A stretch of 64,000 bases of DNA from Acidobacteriota bacterium (GCA_027315185.1 DAHUYO010000002.1:23800-87799), one strand, 5' to 3'; positions 1-9,145 are shown, counted from the first letter of the stretch. Numbers and translations are program-made. Notes: a model not told the origin generated them from the sequence alone.

Positions 1-305
1 CGGCGGTCGGGGGTCCGCCCGCACCCGCCGCGCCCGGCCGCCAGCCCGCAGGCCACCAGCGCCCGCTGCCCGGCCTCCCTGAGGCCGCCGTGGGCGACGA
101 GCACCGCGGCCCCTGTGCGAATGGCGTTGAAGTCCGCAGCGAGCCCCTTGGCCCTCGCCGAGTCCCCGGGCGCGCCGTGCCAGCCCATGAACGCGGCGCG
201 GTCGCGGAGGATCACCGGAACCCAGTCCGCAACCGTTCCGGGTCCGTTCACGTTGGCCGAGATGACCCAATATCTGCGCCGATTATCGCCGCGGGGCGTC
301 GCCAT
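1..305 (-). CDS. hypothetical protein, N-terminal part only (runs off left edge); fourth gene of a tight minus-strand operon
   Basis: ATG at 305 (complement) is preceded by AAGGAAA and lies 10 nt after the TGA (316-318) of the upstream gene. The frame reads MATPRGDNRRRYWVISANVNGPGTVADWVPVILRDRAAFMGWHG... and stays open to position 1. It is absent from the ORF track because it has no stop in the window. No family recognised. Confidence 0.4.
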   Translation of the reverse strand, partial: MATPRGDNRRRYWVISANVNGPGTVADWVPVILRDRAAFMGWHGAPGDSARAKGLAADFNAIRTGAAVLVAHGGLREAGQRALVACGLAAGRGGCGRTPDR

Positions 306-315
306 GGGTTTCCTT

Positions 316-1269
316 TCATCTTTGAGGACGCTGCGCTAGCCGCCTGCGCGGGGTGCGCCCCTGCCCCGCGCTCCTCCGGGCGCTGCGCGCCCGCTGCTTG
401 GGCGCCCCTTTGCCGAGCTGGCCGGAGCCGCGCGCTTCGACGACCCGCTCCGCACGCTGGATTCCAAGCGGCGTGATGCAGACGCGGGCGGACCCCTGCT
501 CGTACTCAACCATGCGCTCCCTGTGGAGCGGCTTCAGGACGTCCCGCCGGAAAACCGCCGTGCTCGCCTGGCCGACCCAATGCGCCACGTCGCATTCAGC
601 AACCCATCCGGTCCGCGAATAGAGCAGGACCAGTGCCTGGTCGCGCTGGCTCATTGCGGGGTCCAATACCCGCCTTGTCCCCCCAACACCCCAGACCAGC
701 GGGTGCTTCCGCTCAGCGAGGGCGTCCGCGAGGTCCTGGGCAGCGGCAGTGGTTACCCCGTGGAACACACGCACCAGTTCGGCCATTACCCAGCTAGCCA
801 TCCCGAGGACGAGGGTCGCGTCCATCAGGTTCGGATCGACATCGCCGCCGACGTGGCCCACACCCCTGTTGTTGCGGACGTCGTAGAGGACCGGGAGCGC
901 CCGCGGGATCAGAACGCGGAGGCTGTGGTCGCCCACGCGATTCGGACCGGCCGGCATTTGCTCGAGGGCCTGGCAGGCCGCGACTACGTTTTTGGGCTTC
1001 GTTGGCGCCTGCGGGTATTTCCCAGTTAGCGCGCCCAGGAGCACGCCATGCACGATCTCGCAGAACTTCCCACCGTTCAGCTCGGACGGCTCCCATTTAT
1101 GGTTCGCGTAATTCGCGGTTATTTCGCGGTACGCCGCGAGGAGGGGATCGCGGAACGCGGGCGGGATTGCGCCGAGCGCGCCTGCGGGGTCCAAGCCTAG
1201 CCCCCCGCCCCGGCCATCTCTTTGACGAGTTCCGCCGCCCTCCGCAGCCCGGGGGCCGTCAGTGTCCAA
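316..1269 (-). CDS. HEPN-like (Abi_C-like) domain protein, candidate RNase/defence effector
   Basis: Long ORF with normal amino-acid composition. It contains LYDVRNNRGVGHVGGDVDPN, which fits the HEPN Rx4-6H (RN...H) signature as in Abi_C-type proteins. The real start is probably TTG at 1194, directly after the upstream stop (1197-1199), rather than 1269. Confidence 0.55.
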   Translation of the reverse strand: MDTDGPRAAEGGGTRQRDGRGGGLGLDPAGALGAIPPAFRDPLLAAYREITANYANHKWEPSELNGGKFCEIVHGVLLGALTGKYPQAPTKPKNVVAACQALEQMPAGPNRVGDHSLRVLIPRALPVLYDVRNNRGVGHVGGDVDPNLMDATLVLGMASWVMAELVRVFHGVTTAAAQDLADALAERKHPLVWGVGGTRRVLDPAMSQRDQALVLLYSRTGWVAECDVAHWVGQASTAVFRRDVLKPLHRERMVEYEQGSARVCITPLGIQRAERVVEARGSGQLGKGAPKQRARSARRSAGQGRTPRRRLAQRPQR

Positions 1270-1784
1270 CCCTTCTCCCTCGAGCCGACGAGGGCCTTGC
1301 CGGCGGCCCCGCGGTAGTTGGCGTGGTTGCCCCTGTTATGGCAGCCGAGGTGCTTGCAGAGCTTCACGGCGTCGGCCTCCGCGAACTTCGGCGCGCCCGA
1401 CCCTAAGAGGGCGCAGACGCCAGCGAGCAGGTACGTGTTGATCGTCCTCTCTTTCTCTGTCGCGCCGGCGATGCCGCCGATCACCTCGGCCGCCCCGTCG
1501 TCGACGTGGAACACCGCCGCGACCATGGCATGGTCCAGGCCGTTCATCTTCATCCAGGCGCTGACGGCTGCGTTTGGCGTGCCCGCTGGGACGGGCGCGG
1601 CCGGGGCCACCGCCGCAGGCGCCCCTGGCGGCGCCGCGCCGTGAAGGGCGCTCACTGCGGCGAGGGCGCGCGTCCTTTCATCGGCGCTGAGGGGCGCGAG
1701 CAACCGGTCGATTTCGGCGACGACGTCGCCCGGCGTCTTCGAACCGCTGGAAGCCCCTTTATTTGCCATAGACCCACCTGCCAC
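1197..1784 (-). CDS. hypothetical protein (Ala/Pro-rich linker plus C-terminal globular domain)
   Basis: ORF in operon context. The likely start is ATG at 1769 (MANKGASSGSK...), which overlaps the frame-corrected stop of the upstream gene (TAA 1759-1761). No family recognised. Confidence 0.5.
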   Translation of the reverse strand: MAGGSMANKGASSGSKTPGDVVAEIDRLLAPLSADERTRALAAVSALHGAAPPGAPAAVAPAAPVPAGTPNAAVSAWMKMNGLDHAMVAAVFHVDDGAAEVIGGIAGATEKERTINTYLLAGVCALLGSGAPKFAEADAVKLCKHLGCHNRGNHANYRGAAGKALVGSREKGWTLTAPGLRRAAELVKEMAGAGG

Positions 1785-2129
1785 CGGCCCTCTTCCTCCC
1801 CAGCGCCTTCCGCTTGACCAGGGCGAGGAGGACGCCGGACAACGTCGTTACCGGGTACATATACCCCTTTTCCTCAGGCACTTTGGAGATTTCACCGAGA
1901 CCCGGGGCATGTCGAAGAAGCCGGACTCCCTGAGGTCCGCAACCAGCTCCGAGGCGGTGGGGCGCCTCTTGCCAGCGCCCCTGCCTGGGCGCTGGCCGTC
2001 TGGTGCCGGAGCGGGCCGCCGCGGGCTACCGCCGTCGTTGACCGCAGCGAGGAACGATGACACCTCCGCCACGGTCCCCTCGACGGTCACCAGGGCACCG
2101 CCTTTTAGCTTTAATGTAGCCTTCGCCAC
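1759..2129 (-). CDS. small hypothetical protein with wHTH-like C-terminus; apparent frameshift at 1901-1907
   Basis: The track ORF 1848-2129 ends ...LRESGFFDMPRVSVKSPKCLRKRGICTR*. After the CCCCGGG run (plus-strand cccgggg, 1901-1907), the -1 frame reads GLGEISKVPEEKGYMYPVTTLSGVLLALVKRKALGRKRAGGRWVYGK*. This looks like a winged-helix segment. It ends at 1759-1761, overlapping the next gene's ATG (1769) in the usual operon style. Confidence 0.45.
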
Positions 2130-2270
2130 TGCGTTAAATCACAAGTCTATCAGATACGGGGGTGTTATTGCGTCGGCTTGCCGCGCGCGCCGTGAGTGGC
2201 CATCCGGGGGCTCGGGCGCCCGGGGCAGGGGCGAATGGTATAGTTCCTAGCGGCGAAGGGGCGGCGAGGG

Positions 2271-2969
2271 ATGCGCATCCGCGACATGAGCTGGCGGGAT
2301 GTCGAGGCCTACCTGGCGCGGGACGACCGCGCGGTGCTGCCCCTCGGCAGCACCGAACAGCATGCCGGGCTAAGCCTGGCGACGGATTGGATATTGGCGG
2401 AGCGGGTAGCCGAGCAAGCGGCGGAGCCGCTGGGCGTCGCCGTCTTCCCCGCCCTGCCCTACGGCGTGACGCCCTATTTCACCGCCTTTCCGGGAACCAT
2501 CACGCTAACCGCCGAGACCTATCTCCGCGTGATCGCCGAGGTGGTCGCGGGATTGGCGCAGCAGGGATTCCGGCGGATTCTGCTGGTCAACGGCCACGGC
2601 GGCAACTCGTTCGCCGCGGAGGCGGCGGCGGAAGCGGGACGGCGGGCCGGGGCCCAGGTGAAGCTGCACAACTGGTGGAACGCGCCGCGGACCTGGGCGC
2701 AGGTGATGGCCACCGATCCGGTCGCCGGCCATGCGTCCTGGATGGAAAACTTCCCCTGGACGCGGCTGCCCGGCGCTACGCCGCCGGAAGCGCAAAAGCC
2801 GCCATTGGACATGGCGGCGACGCGGGCGCTGGAACCGCGGCAGGTGCGGGAACGAATCGGCGACGGCAACCTGGGCGGGAAATACCAGCGCGGCGATGCG
2901 GAGATGGAGGCGATTTGGCAGGCGGGCGTCGCGGAAACGCGGCGGGCGATTGCCGAAGATTGGGGCTAG
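2271..2969 (+). CDS. creatininase family protein (creatinine amidohydrolase/MftE-like)
   Basis: Family hallmarks are present: LPLGSTEQHAGLSLATD, PYGVTPYF and LLVNGHGGN. Length 232 aa. Confidence 0.85.
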   Translation: MRIRDMSWRDVEAYLARDDRAVLPLGSTEQHAGLSLATDWILAERVAEQAAEPLGVAVFPALPYGVTPYFTAFPGTITLTAETYLRVIAEVVAGLAQQGFRRILLVNGHGGNSFAAEAAAEAGRRAGAQVKLHNWWNAPRTWAQVMATDPVAGHASWMENFPWTRLPGATPPEAQKPPLDMAATRALEPRQVRERIGDGNLGGKYQRGDAEMEAIWQAGVAETRRAIAEDWG

Positions 2970-3105
2970 GGCCCAGGTTTGGGCGGCGAGGGCCGAGGGT
3001 CCGGCGGGCTGGCGCCGGCCCCAGCGCGGCGGGACCGAGCTCGCAAGCCCCGGTTCGGCGCCATGCCAAGCGCGGCTGGGTGGGGCGGATGTCCGGATTG
3101 GAACT

Positions 3106-3951
3106 ATGCCAACGGCAATCGTGGTGCATGGCGGCTGCGGGCGGGTCGAGGAAAACTCGCTGGCGGAGCGGCGCGCGGGCGTGCGGCAGGCGGCGGAGCG
3201 AGGCTGGGAGATTCTGCGCGCGGGCGGCAGCGCGCTGGACGCGGCGGAGGCGGCGGTGGTGGTGCTGGAGGATCTGCCGCTGTTCAACGCCGGGCGCGGC
3301 TCGGCGCTGACCCGCGACGGACGGATCGAGATGGACGCGGCGATCATGGACGGCGCCACGCGACGGGCGGGGGCGGTGGCCTGCGTCAGCCGCGTCGCGA
3401 ACCCCATCCGATTGGCGCGGCGGGTGATGGAGGCCAGCCCGCACGTGATGCTGTGCGCCGCCGGCGCGGAGGAGTTCGCCGCGCAGCAGGGAATTCCCGC
3501 CTGCGATTGGCGGGACCTGGTCGTCGCGGAGCGGCGGAGCCAGTGGGAACGGGAGCATGGCACGGTCGGCGCGGTGGCGCTGGACGCAGGCGGCGGGTTG
3601 GCGGCGGCGACCTCCACCGGCGGCACCAGCGGCAAGCTGCCGGGGCGCATCGGCGACACGCCGATTATCGGCGCCGGCACCTACGCCGACCGGGCGACGG
3701 CGGTGTCCTGCACTGGAACGGGGGAATCCATTCTGCGCATGACGCTGGCCAGATTGGCGGCGCTCTGGCGGGAGCGGCTGGGCGATGCGCAGGCGGCGGC
3801 GGAACGGGCGCTGGCGGAATTGGCGGCGGAGGTGGGCGGCGAAGCGGGGCTGATTCTCGTGGATCGCGATGGACGGCTCGCCATCGCCCACAACACGCCG
3901 CATATGCCGGTCTGCGCCATCCATGCGGGCGGCATCGAGGTGCGCAGCTAG
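3106..3951 (+). CDS. isoaspartyl peptidase / L-asparaginase (Ntn hydrolase, IaaA family)
   Basis: MPTAIVVHGG..., LFNAGRGS, and HGTVGAVALD (autoproteolytic Thr context) followed by TSTGG. I chose the internal ATG at 3106 because the 5' extension of the track ORF (from 2731) is Arg-rich junk overlapping the previous gene. Confidence 0.9.
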   Translation: MPTAIVVHGGCGRVEENSLAERRAGVRQAAERGWEILRAGGSALDAAEAAVVVLEDLPLFNAGRGSALTRDGRIEMDAAIMDGATRRAGAVACVSRVANPIRLARRVMEASPHVMLCAAGAEEFAAQQGIPACDWRDLVVAERRSQWEREHGTVGAVALDAGGGLAAATSTGGTSGKLPGRIGDTPIIGAGTYADRATAVSCTGTGESILRMTLARLAALWRERLGDAQAAAERALAELAAEVGGEAGLILVDRDGRLAIAHNTPHMPVCAIHAGGIEVRS

Positions 3952-3969
3952 ATAGGAGTTAGACACGCG

Positions 3970-5568
3970 GTGGACGGCGGCGGCGCACACAAAGCGGCGA
4001 GCGGCAGGGCGAAGCGGGCGCGGGATTCGCTGAGCGGAACGTCGGTCAACCGCGGGCCGTCCACGAAGCTGGCGGCGGGCGGCGCGCATCCGCGGCGGGC
4101 ATTCCTGGTCTTGTTTTTTGTCGAGATCTGGGAGCGCTTCGGCTACTACGGCATGGCCTCCATCATGGTGCTGTACATGGTGCGGCGCCTGGGGCTGGGG
4201 GACGCGCGGGCGGACGCCATCTGGGGGGCGTTTTCGGCCCTGGTCTACGCCATGCCGATGATCGGCGGCTACGTCGGCGACCGCGTGCTGGGGGCGCGGC
4301 GCACGCTGGTGCTAGGAGCGGCGGCGCTGGGGCTGGGGTATGTGTTTTTGGCGGTCCCGCTGCAGGCGGCGTTTTTTCCGGCCATGGGCTTGATCGCCAT
4401 GGGCGGCGGATTGTTCAAGGTCAATCCCAACAACCTCGTCTCCCGCCTGTATGAAGGCGACCACTCCAAGCTGGATATTCTTTTCACAATTTATTACATG
4501 TCGCTCAACATCGGCTCCTTTGTCTCCATCCTGCTGACGCCGTGGATCAGCAACCATCCGCGGTGGGTGGTGACGGTCGCCGGGCTGCGCTTCGATAGCT
4601 GGCACCTGGCATTCGGACTCAGCGCCCTGGGGCTGACGGCGGGGCTGACCAGCTACGCGATCTGGCGGCGATATTTGGCGCCGTATGGCACGGCGCCGGA
4701 CTTCGCGCCGCTGCGTTGGGGCCGGCTGGGGATCGTTCTGCTGGCGTCGGCGGCCGGCGTGGGCGCGCTGGCGGAGATCGTCCGCCACCAAGCGGCGGCG
4801 GTGACGGTGGTGGGCATCTTCCTTTTGCTGATTGTCGTGATCTTCGCGCGTCTGCTGGCGACCGACGATGCCCGCGCCCGGGGGCGGGTGTGGGCCTGCA
4901 TCGCCTTCACCGTCATGTCGGTGGTCTGGGCGGTGTACAACCAGCAGATTTACACCTCGCTGACGCTGTTCGCGCTGCGCAACGTGCGGCATCAGCTGCT
5001 CGGCGTGCACGTTTCCGCGGCGCAGTTTCAGGACCTGAACCAGTTTTGGCTGGTGTTGCTGGCCCTGCCGCTGGCCTGGTTCTACCAGCGCATGGCGCGG
5101 ACGCCGCGGGGCGATTTTTCCATGGCGGCGAAATATGCCGCGGGCTTGTATTTGCTAGCTCTCGCGTTCCTGCTGTACGCCGGCGGCGGATGGGCGGCGC
5201 GGGGCGGGATGGTTTCGCCGTGGTGGCTGGTGGCCGGGTATGGGGCGCAGTCGCTGGGCGAACTGCTGATCAGCGCGCTGGGGTTTTCCATGGTGGCGCA
5301 ACTGGCGCCGGAGCGGGCGCGGGGCGTCACCATGGGCGCATGGTTTTTGGGCATGGGCGCGGGCATGTACGCGGGCGGCATGGTGGCGGGCATGGCTAGC
5401 GTGCCCGCGGGCCTAACGCGGGCGGCGGAAACGCTGCCGTTTTATATGCACGTGTTCCTGTGGCTGGCCGCCGGCGCGCTGGTCTGCGCCCTGGCGGCGA
5501 CGGCGATCACGCCGCTGCTGAATCGCTATACCGCCGCGCCGGTCGCGGCCAAACCCGAACCGGCGTAG
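3970..5568 (+). CDS. POT/PTR2 family proton-dependent oligopeptide transporter
   Basis: Contains the PTR2 signature FFVEIWERFGYYGM and is multi-pass hydrophobic throughout. The GTG start at 3970 is uncertain. Confidence 0.9.
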   Translation: MDGGGAHKAASGRAKRARDSLSGTSVNRGPSTKLAAGGAHPRRAFLVLFFVEIWERFGYYGMASIMVLYMVRRLGLGDARADAIWGAFSALVYAMPMIGGYVGDRVLGARRTLVLGAAALGLGYVFLAVPLQAAFFPAMGLIAMGGGLFKVNPNNLVSRLYEGDHSKLDILFTIYYMSLNIGSFVSILLTPWISNHPRWVVTVAGLRFDSWHLAFGLSALGLTAGLTSYAIWRRYLAPYGTAPDFAPLRWGRLGIVLLASAAGVGALAEIVRHQAAAVTVVGIFLLLIVVIFARLLATDDARARGRVWACIAFTVMSVVWAVYNQQIYTSLTLFALRNVRHQLLGVHVSAAQFQDLNQFWLVLLALPLAWFYQRMARTPRGDFSMAAKYAAGLYLLALAFLLYAGGGWAARGGMVSPWWLVAGYGAQSLGELLISALGFSMVAQLAPERARGVTMGAWFLGMGAGMYAGGMVAGMASVPAGLTRAAETLPFYMHVFLWLAAGALVCALAATAITPLLNRYTAAPVAAKPEPA

Positions 5569-5607
5569 GCGGCCGCGCGAACGCCTCGCCCACAGCGCTG
5601 CGCGCTG

Positions 5608-5670
5608 AATTGATAGGCGCGGGCCCCGGCCCCGCCGCTGGCGGGGCGTCCCGCTCTGATTGGCGCGGCG
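5608..5670 (+). repeat. GC-rich palindromic intergenic element, family A (REP-like)
   Basis: aattgataggcgcGGGCCCCGGCCCCGCCGCTGGCGGGGCGTCCCGCtctgattggcgcgg. The CCCCGCC/GGCGGGG arms form a hairpin. It lies 40 nt after the POT transporter stop. Confidence 0.85.
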
Positions 5671-5957
5671 CGGAGCGCCGCTTACGCGCCCAGCTGGGCC
5701 GGGGACCCGGGGCCCAGCCCGGCTATTGGTTGGCGCGGGGCGTTGCCCCGCTTGCGCGTCGCTGGGGGCCGCGCCGCTTCTCTTGCCGGGGGCGGGCCGC
5801 AGCGCTCGCTCGTGCGCCGTGGGCGCACGGGAAGTTTCGCGGCCTTCCCGCACCTGCTTTGCCCCGCGGGCAAAAGGCGCGGCCCCTGCGAGACGATCCA
5901 CGCCGATTCGCATTCGCGGGGTGATACGCGGTTAGCCGCGGTTGGGGTGATGCGCGG

Positions 5958-6536
5958 TTACCCGCGCTTCGGACGATAAACGGCGGCGACGACGCCGGTG
6001 TCGGTGGCCTTGCTCCGGACCAGCTCGAAGACCGCCGGAGCGCCGCCGTCGGGGAACAGGCGGCGGCCGGAACCGAGCACGATGGGATGAATGAGCAGGG
6101 CGAATTCATCCACCAAGCCGCGGTGCAGCAACGACTGGACCAGCACCCCGCTGCCCATGATGATGACGTCCTTGCCTGGCTCTTGCCGCAGCCCGGCCAC
6201 GCCATCGGCGGCTTCGCCGGCCAGGAGAATGGAGTTGTTCCAAGGCAGCGGCTCGCGCAGCGTGCGGGAGGCGACGTACTTGGGAATGTTTTCCAGAAAC
6301 GCCGAATACGGGCTTTCGGTGCGCTTGGGCCAGACGGAATAAAAATGCTCGTAGGTGCGGCGGCCGAACAGCAACGCGCCGGTGTTGGCCATGACCTCGC
6401 CGGCGGCGGACATGGCGTTGTAGCCGACGCCCCAGCCGCCATGCGTGAAGCCATCGCGGCGGTCTTCCTCCGCGCTCGCCGGCCCTTGCATCACGCCGTC
6501 GAGCGTGAGGTTGATGAAGGCGACGATTTTGGCCAT
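5958..6536 (-). CDS. dihydrofolate reductase family protein (RibD C-terminal domain, YyaP-like)
   Basis: MAKIVAFINLTLDGVMQGP..., LLFGRRTYE and DVIIMGSGVLVQSLL...DEFALLIHPIVLGSGRRLF. Start taken at ATG 6536. Confidence 0.85.
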   Translation of the reverse strand: MAKIVAFINLTLDGVMQGPASAEEDRRDGFTHGGWGVGYNAMSAAGEVMANTGALLFGRRTYEHFYSVWPKRTESPYSAFLENIPKYVASRTLREPLPWNNSILLAGEAADGVAGLRQEPGKDVIIMGSGVLVQSLLHRGLVDEFALLIHPIVLGSGRRLFPDGGAPAVFELVRSKATDTGVVAAVYRPKRG

Positions 6537-6754
6537 GGTTCCCGAGCTCCGTCGGCGAAGGCGTTGCCCGCGCACCGAGCGCCTCCGCGTTCGGCGTTGA
6601 TTCTATCTCAGCCGCTCCGCCGAAGGAAGCATTCGCACCCGAGCCGGCAGGCGCCTCTCGCGGTTGGGACCCAGGCCGGGGGAGAATTCGCAAGCGCGGA
6701 CGCGCGAGGGAACCTGCGCCCGCCAGCGACGATGCGAACCGGGGATGGAGCGGC

Positions 6755-6913
6755 TCACTCTAGACCGCGGCGCACCAGATTGCGGAACAGGATGACGATG
6801 ATCATGGCGACCCAAAGACCGAGGAAGATATCGGCGATGAAGGCCAGAACATGGGTCAGCAGCAAGATGATCCAAATAGCTAAAACAACCGCCCACAACC
6901 AATACCAGGGCAT
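6755..6913 (-). CDS. small membrane protein (lmo0937-like, 52 aa)
   Basis: Found by hand because it is below the ORF-track size cut-off: MPWYWLWAVVLAIWIILLLTHVLAFIADIFLGLWVAMIIVILFRNLVRRGLE*. It has two hydrophobic helices and a basic tail, as in the lmo0937 small-protein family. Local GC is lower than in the flanks. Confidence 0.5.
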   Translation of the reverse strand: MPWYWLWAVVLAIWIILLLTHVLAFIADIFLGLWVAMIIVILFRNLVRRGLE

Positions 6914-7121
6914 GGGACCGACCCCCAGGCACCGCTGCCGCAGGCGCGCCTAAGCTTGGGATGCGGGACGAGCGGCTGCGGGAAGCCCCAAGCTGCCCTG
7001 ACAAATTGCCTGGCGCGGCGACGACGTGGAGCGGCGGAATGCCGCGGCGTTTTCGCGCCGACTTCGCCGCAAGCGCAAACGGCGCTTTCCCCGGCCGCTG
7101 GGACAATGGCGACGGCGGTAC

Positions 7122-9023
7122 TTAGGCAGTGGCCGAGGCGGTGGATGCAGCGGCGGGCGGCGGAGCAGCGCCGCGCTGATTGAAGATGCGGCGATAGAGC
7201 GACTCGCGGCGCTGGGCGCGGGTGGCGGCGGTGGTGATGTAACGAATCGAGAGGTCACCACCGGCGGCGCTGGGCTTGATTTGCACCACGGGACTGAACT
7301 CCAGCTTGGCGGCGGCGATGCCGGCCGGCGCGGAGCCGCCGCGCCAGTGATGGTGCTCCTGGTGCTGTTCCTCCCATTCCTTGGCGGCCAAAGCGGCGTC
7401 GGCGCGAGTTTCCTCATCCACCAAGGCGGCAATGGCGGCCATGGACTGCGGCGTCCATGGCGCGCCGCTGACGGGCGCGAGGCGAATTTCATCCCACAGC
7501 CATTGGCCGCGGGTGGAGAAGTTGAAATAGGGGCCGGTGAACACGAAGCTGTTGGGCAGGTAGACGCGGCGTCCGGTGGCGTGGCCGGGTTCGGTCCAGT
7601 TGCCGGCTTCCTGCAAAACGGTGCGCAAGAGCGTGATCTCCACCACTTCGCCGTTGACGCCGTTGATTTCGACCCAATCGCCGGGGGTGACGCCGCGGCG
7701 GCCGATGACCACGAACCAGCCGGCGAAGCTGAGGATCGTTTCCTCCATGGCGACCGTCAGTCCGGCGCCGGCGAGGCCGAGGAAGGTGAGCCACTGCGCC
7801 GGCCTGCCGACGGCGATCAGCAGCAGCCAGAGCAAAGCGACCATTCCCAGCACGAAGCGGGTCAAGTGGCGGACGGTGTGGACGCGGCGGCGCTCGGCGC
7901 GCCAGCGGCGGGCGGCGCGGCCCGCCAGCCAATCGAGGATCAGCAGGACGGCGAAGCCGGAGAGGATCTCCAGCCACATGCCGAGGGCGTCATGCATGGC
8001 CAGTTCCTGCTGCGCCAAGGTTATCTCAACCCAGCGCTGGTAATCGCCGGCCAGTTGCCGCTGGCGCTCGGCGGCGTGGTCCAGGCTGATCAGGCGGCGC
8101 TGGCCCTCGGCGAGTTCCTCGGCGCGATGCACCGCGCTCTGCGTGCGCGCGGTGATGCCGCCGAGGCCGGCGCCGCGGCCGACCTGGCGCAGGCGGGCCA
8201 AATCGCCAGCCATGCGCTGCGCATTTTGCGCCTCGGCGTGGTGCAGTTGATCGTGCAGGCGGTTGTGCGCGGCGACGGCGGCGGCGGCAGCGGCGGAGCT
8301 TTGCGCCTGGGCCCAGCGCAGGGCCTTCAGCTTGGCCGCCAACAGATGCCAGCTGGTGAACAAGACCGCCAGTCCTTGCGCGGTTTCCGGATTGCGGGCC
8401 TTGCTTTGCGAACGCCAGCGCTGCCGGTATTTTGCCGCCAGTTGGCGCGCCGCCGACTGCGCCCGCTGAGCCTGGGCCAAGACCTGCTGCGGCGTCATCA
8501 GGGCGGCGGCGCGGGCGCGGCGCAGATCCTGGCGGGCATCGTCCAGCCGGGCCTGGTCCAGTTGCAACTGCGCCTGGGTCAGGTCGTGTTCCGCCAGGAG
8601 CCGCGGGCGCCGCAGCAGCGGCGCGGCGGCGATTTGCCGCGCCAGGGCTTGCTCGGCGGCCTGTTCCCGGCGCAAAGCGGCGCGCGCGGCGTCGTAGCGG
8701 GCCCATTCCGGGCCGCGATGATCCTCGGCCTCGTCCGCTTGCGCCGCCAGATTGTGCTGCAAGGCGGTCCGCACCATCGCCGCGGCGGCGGTCTGCGCCT
8801 GTTGCGCCAGCTGCTGTTCCTCCGGCGTATCCGCCAAGCCGGACATGGCGCTGGCGATGACCAGCGGCCGCTCATCGTCGGGAATCTGCACGCGCCGGCG
8901 GCCGCTGGCAGGAAACCCCGAAGCGCCCGACGCCAAGCCGGTCCACCACCACGCCGCGGCGCAGCCCGCCAACAGAAGGACAAACCCCAACCATCCCGCG
9001 GTGCGGGTCGAAATTCTGGCCAT
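7122..9023 (-). CDS. mechanosensitive ion channel family protein (large MscS/MscK-like)
   Basis: MscS core GDWVEINGVNGEVVEITLLRTVLQE, preceding TM helices, and a long Ala/Gln-rich periplasmic N-terminal region with a signal or anchor sequence. GGAGAA RBS before ATG 9023. Confidence 0.9.
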   Translation of the reverse strand: MARISTRTAGWLGFVLLLAGCAAAWWWTGLASGASGFPASGRRRVQIPDDERPLVIASAMSGLADTPEEQQLAQQAQTAAAAMVRTALQHNLAAQADEAEDHRGPEWARYDAARAALRREQAAEQALARQIAAAPLLRRPRLLAEHDLTQAQLQLDQARLDDARQDLRRARAAALMTPQQVLAQAQRAQSAARQLAAKYRQRWRSQSKARNPETAQGLAVLFTSWHLLAAKLKALRWAQAQSSAAAAAAVAAHNRLHDQLHHAEAQNAQRMAGDLARLRQVGRGAGLGGITARTQSAVHRAEELAEGQRRLISLDHAAERQRQLAGDYQRWVEITLAQQELAMHDALGMWLEILSGFAVLLILDWLAGRAARRWRAERRRVHTVRHLTRFVLGMVALLWLLLIAVGRPAQWLTFLGLAGAGLTVAMEETILSFAGWFVVIGRRGVTPGDWVEINGVNGEVVEITLLRTVLQEAGNWTEPGHATGRRVYLPNSFVFTGPYFNFSTRGQWLWDEIRLAPVSGAPWTPQSMAAIAALVDEETRADAALAAKEWEEQHQEHHHWRGGSAPAGIAAAKLEFSPVVQIKPSAAGGDLSIRYITTAATRAQRRESLYRRIFNQRGAAPPPAAASTASATA

Positions 9024-9070
9024 GCCGGTTCTCCTATCCTACGATGGCCCGGCGGGCCGGGCGCCGGGCC

Positions 9071-9125
9071 ATTGATTCACGCGGGCCCCAGCCCCGCCGC
9101 CGGCGGGGCGTCCCGCTTGGCGCGC
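9071..9125 (+). repeat. family A palindromic element
   Basis: attgattcacgcGGGCCCCAGCCCCGCCGCCGGCGGGGCGTCCCGCttggcgcg, between the mscS-like and aminotransferase genes. Confidence 0.85.
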
Positions 9126-9145
9126 GGCCTGTGGCATTCTGGCGG

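Noticed and set aside
2162-4089. Several 380-440-aa ORFs (2162-3310 +, 2505-3680 -, 2776-4089 -, 2979-3962 +)
   Set aside because: They all overlap the creatininase and isoaspartyl-peptidase genes in other frames or strands. They are extremely Arg/Pro/Ala/Gly-rich, whereas the chosen frames carry family signatures.
5413-6454. ORFs in the 5570-5957 spacer (5413-5913 -, 5460-5924 +, 5723-6454 -)
   Set aside because: They are composed of family A/B repeat DNA with Arg/Pro/Gly-rich translations. They have no RBS or motif and overlap real genes at both ends.
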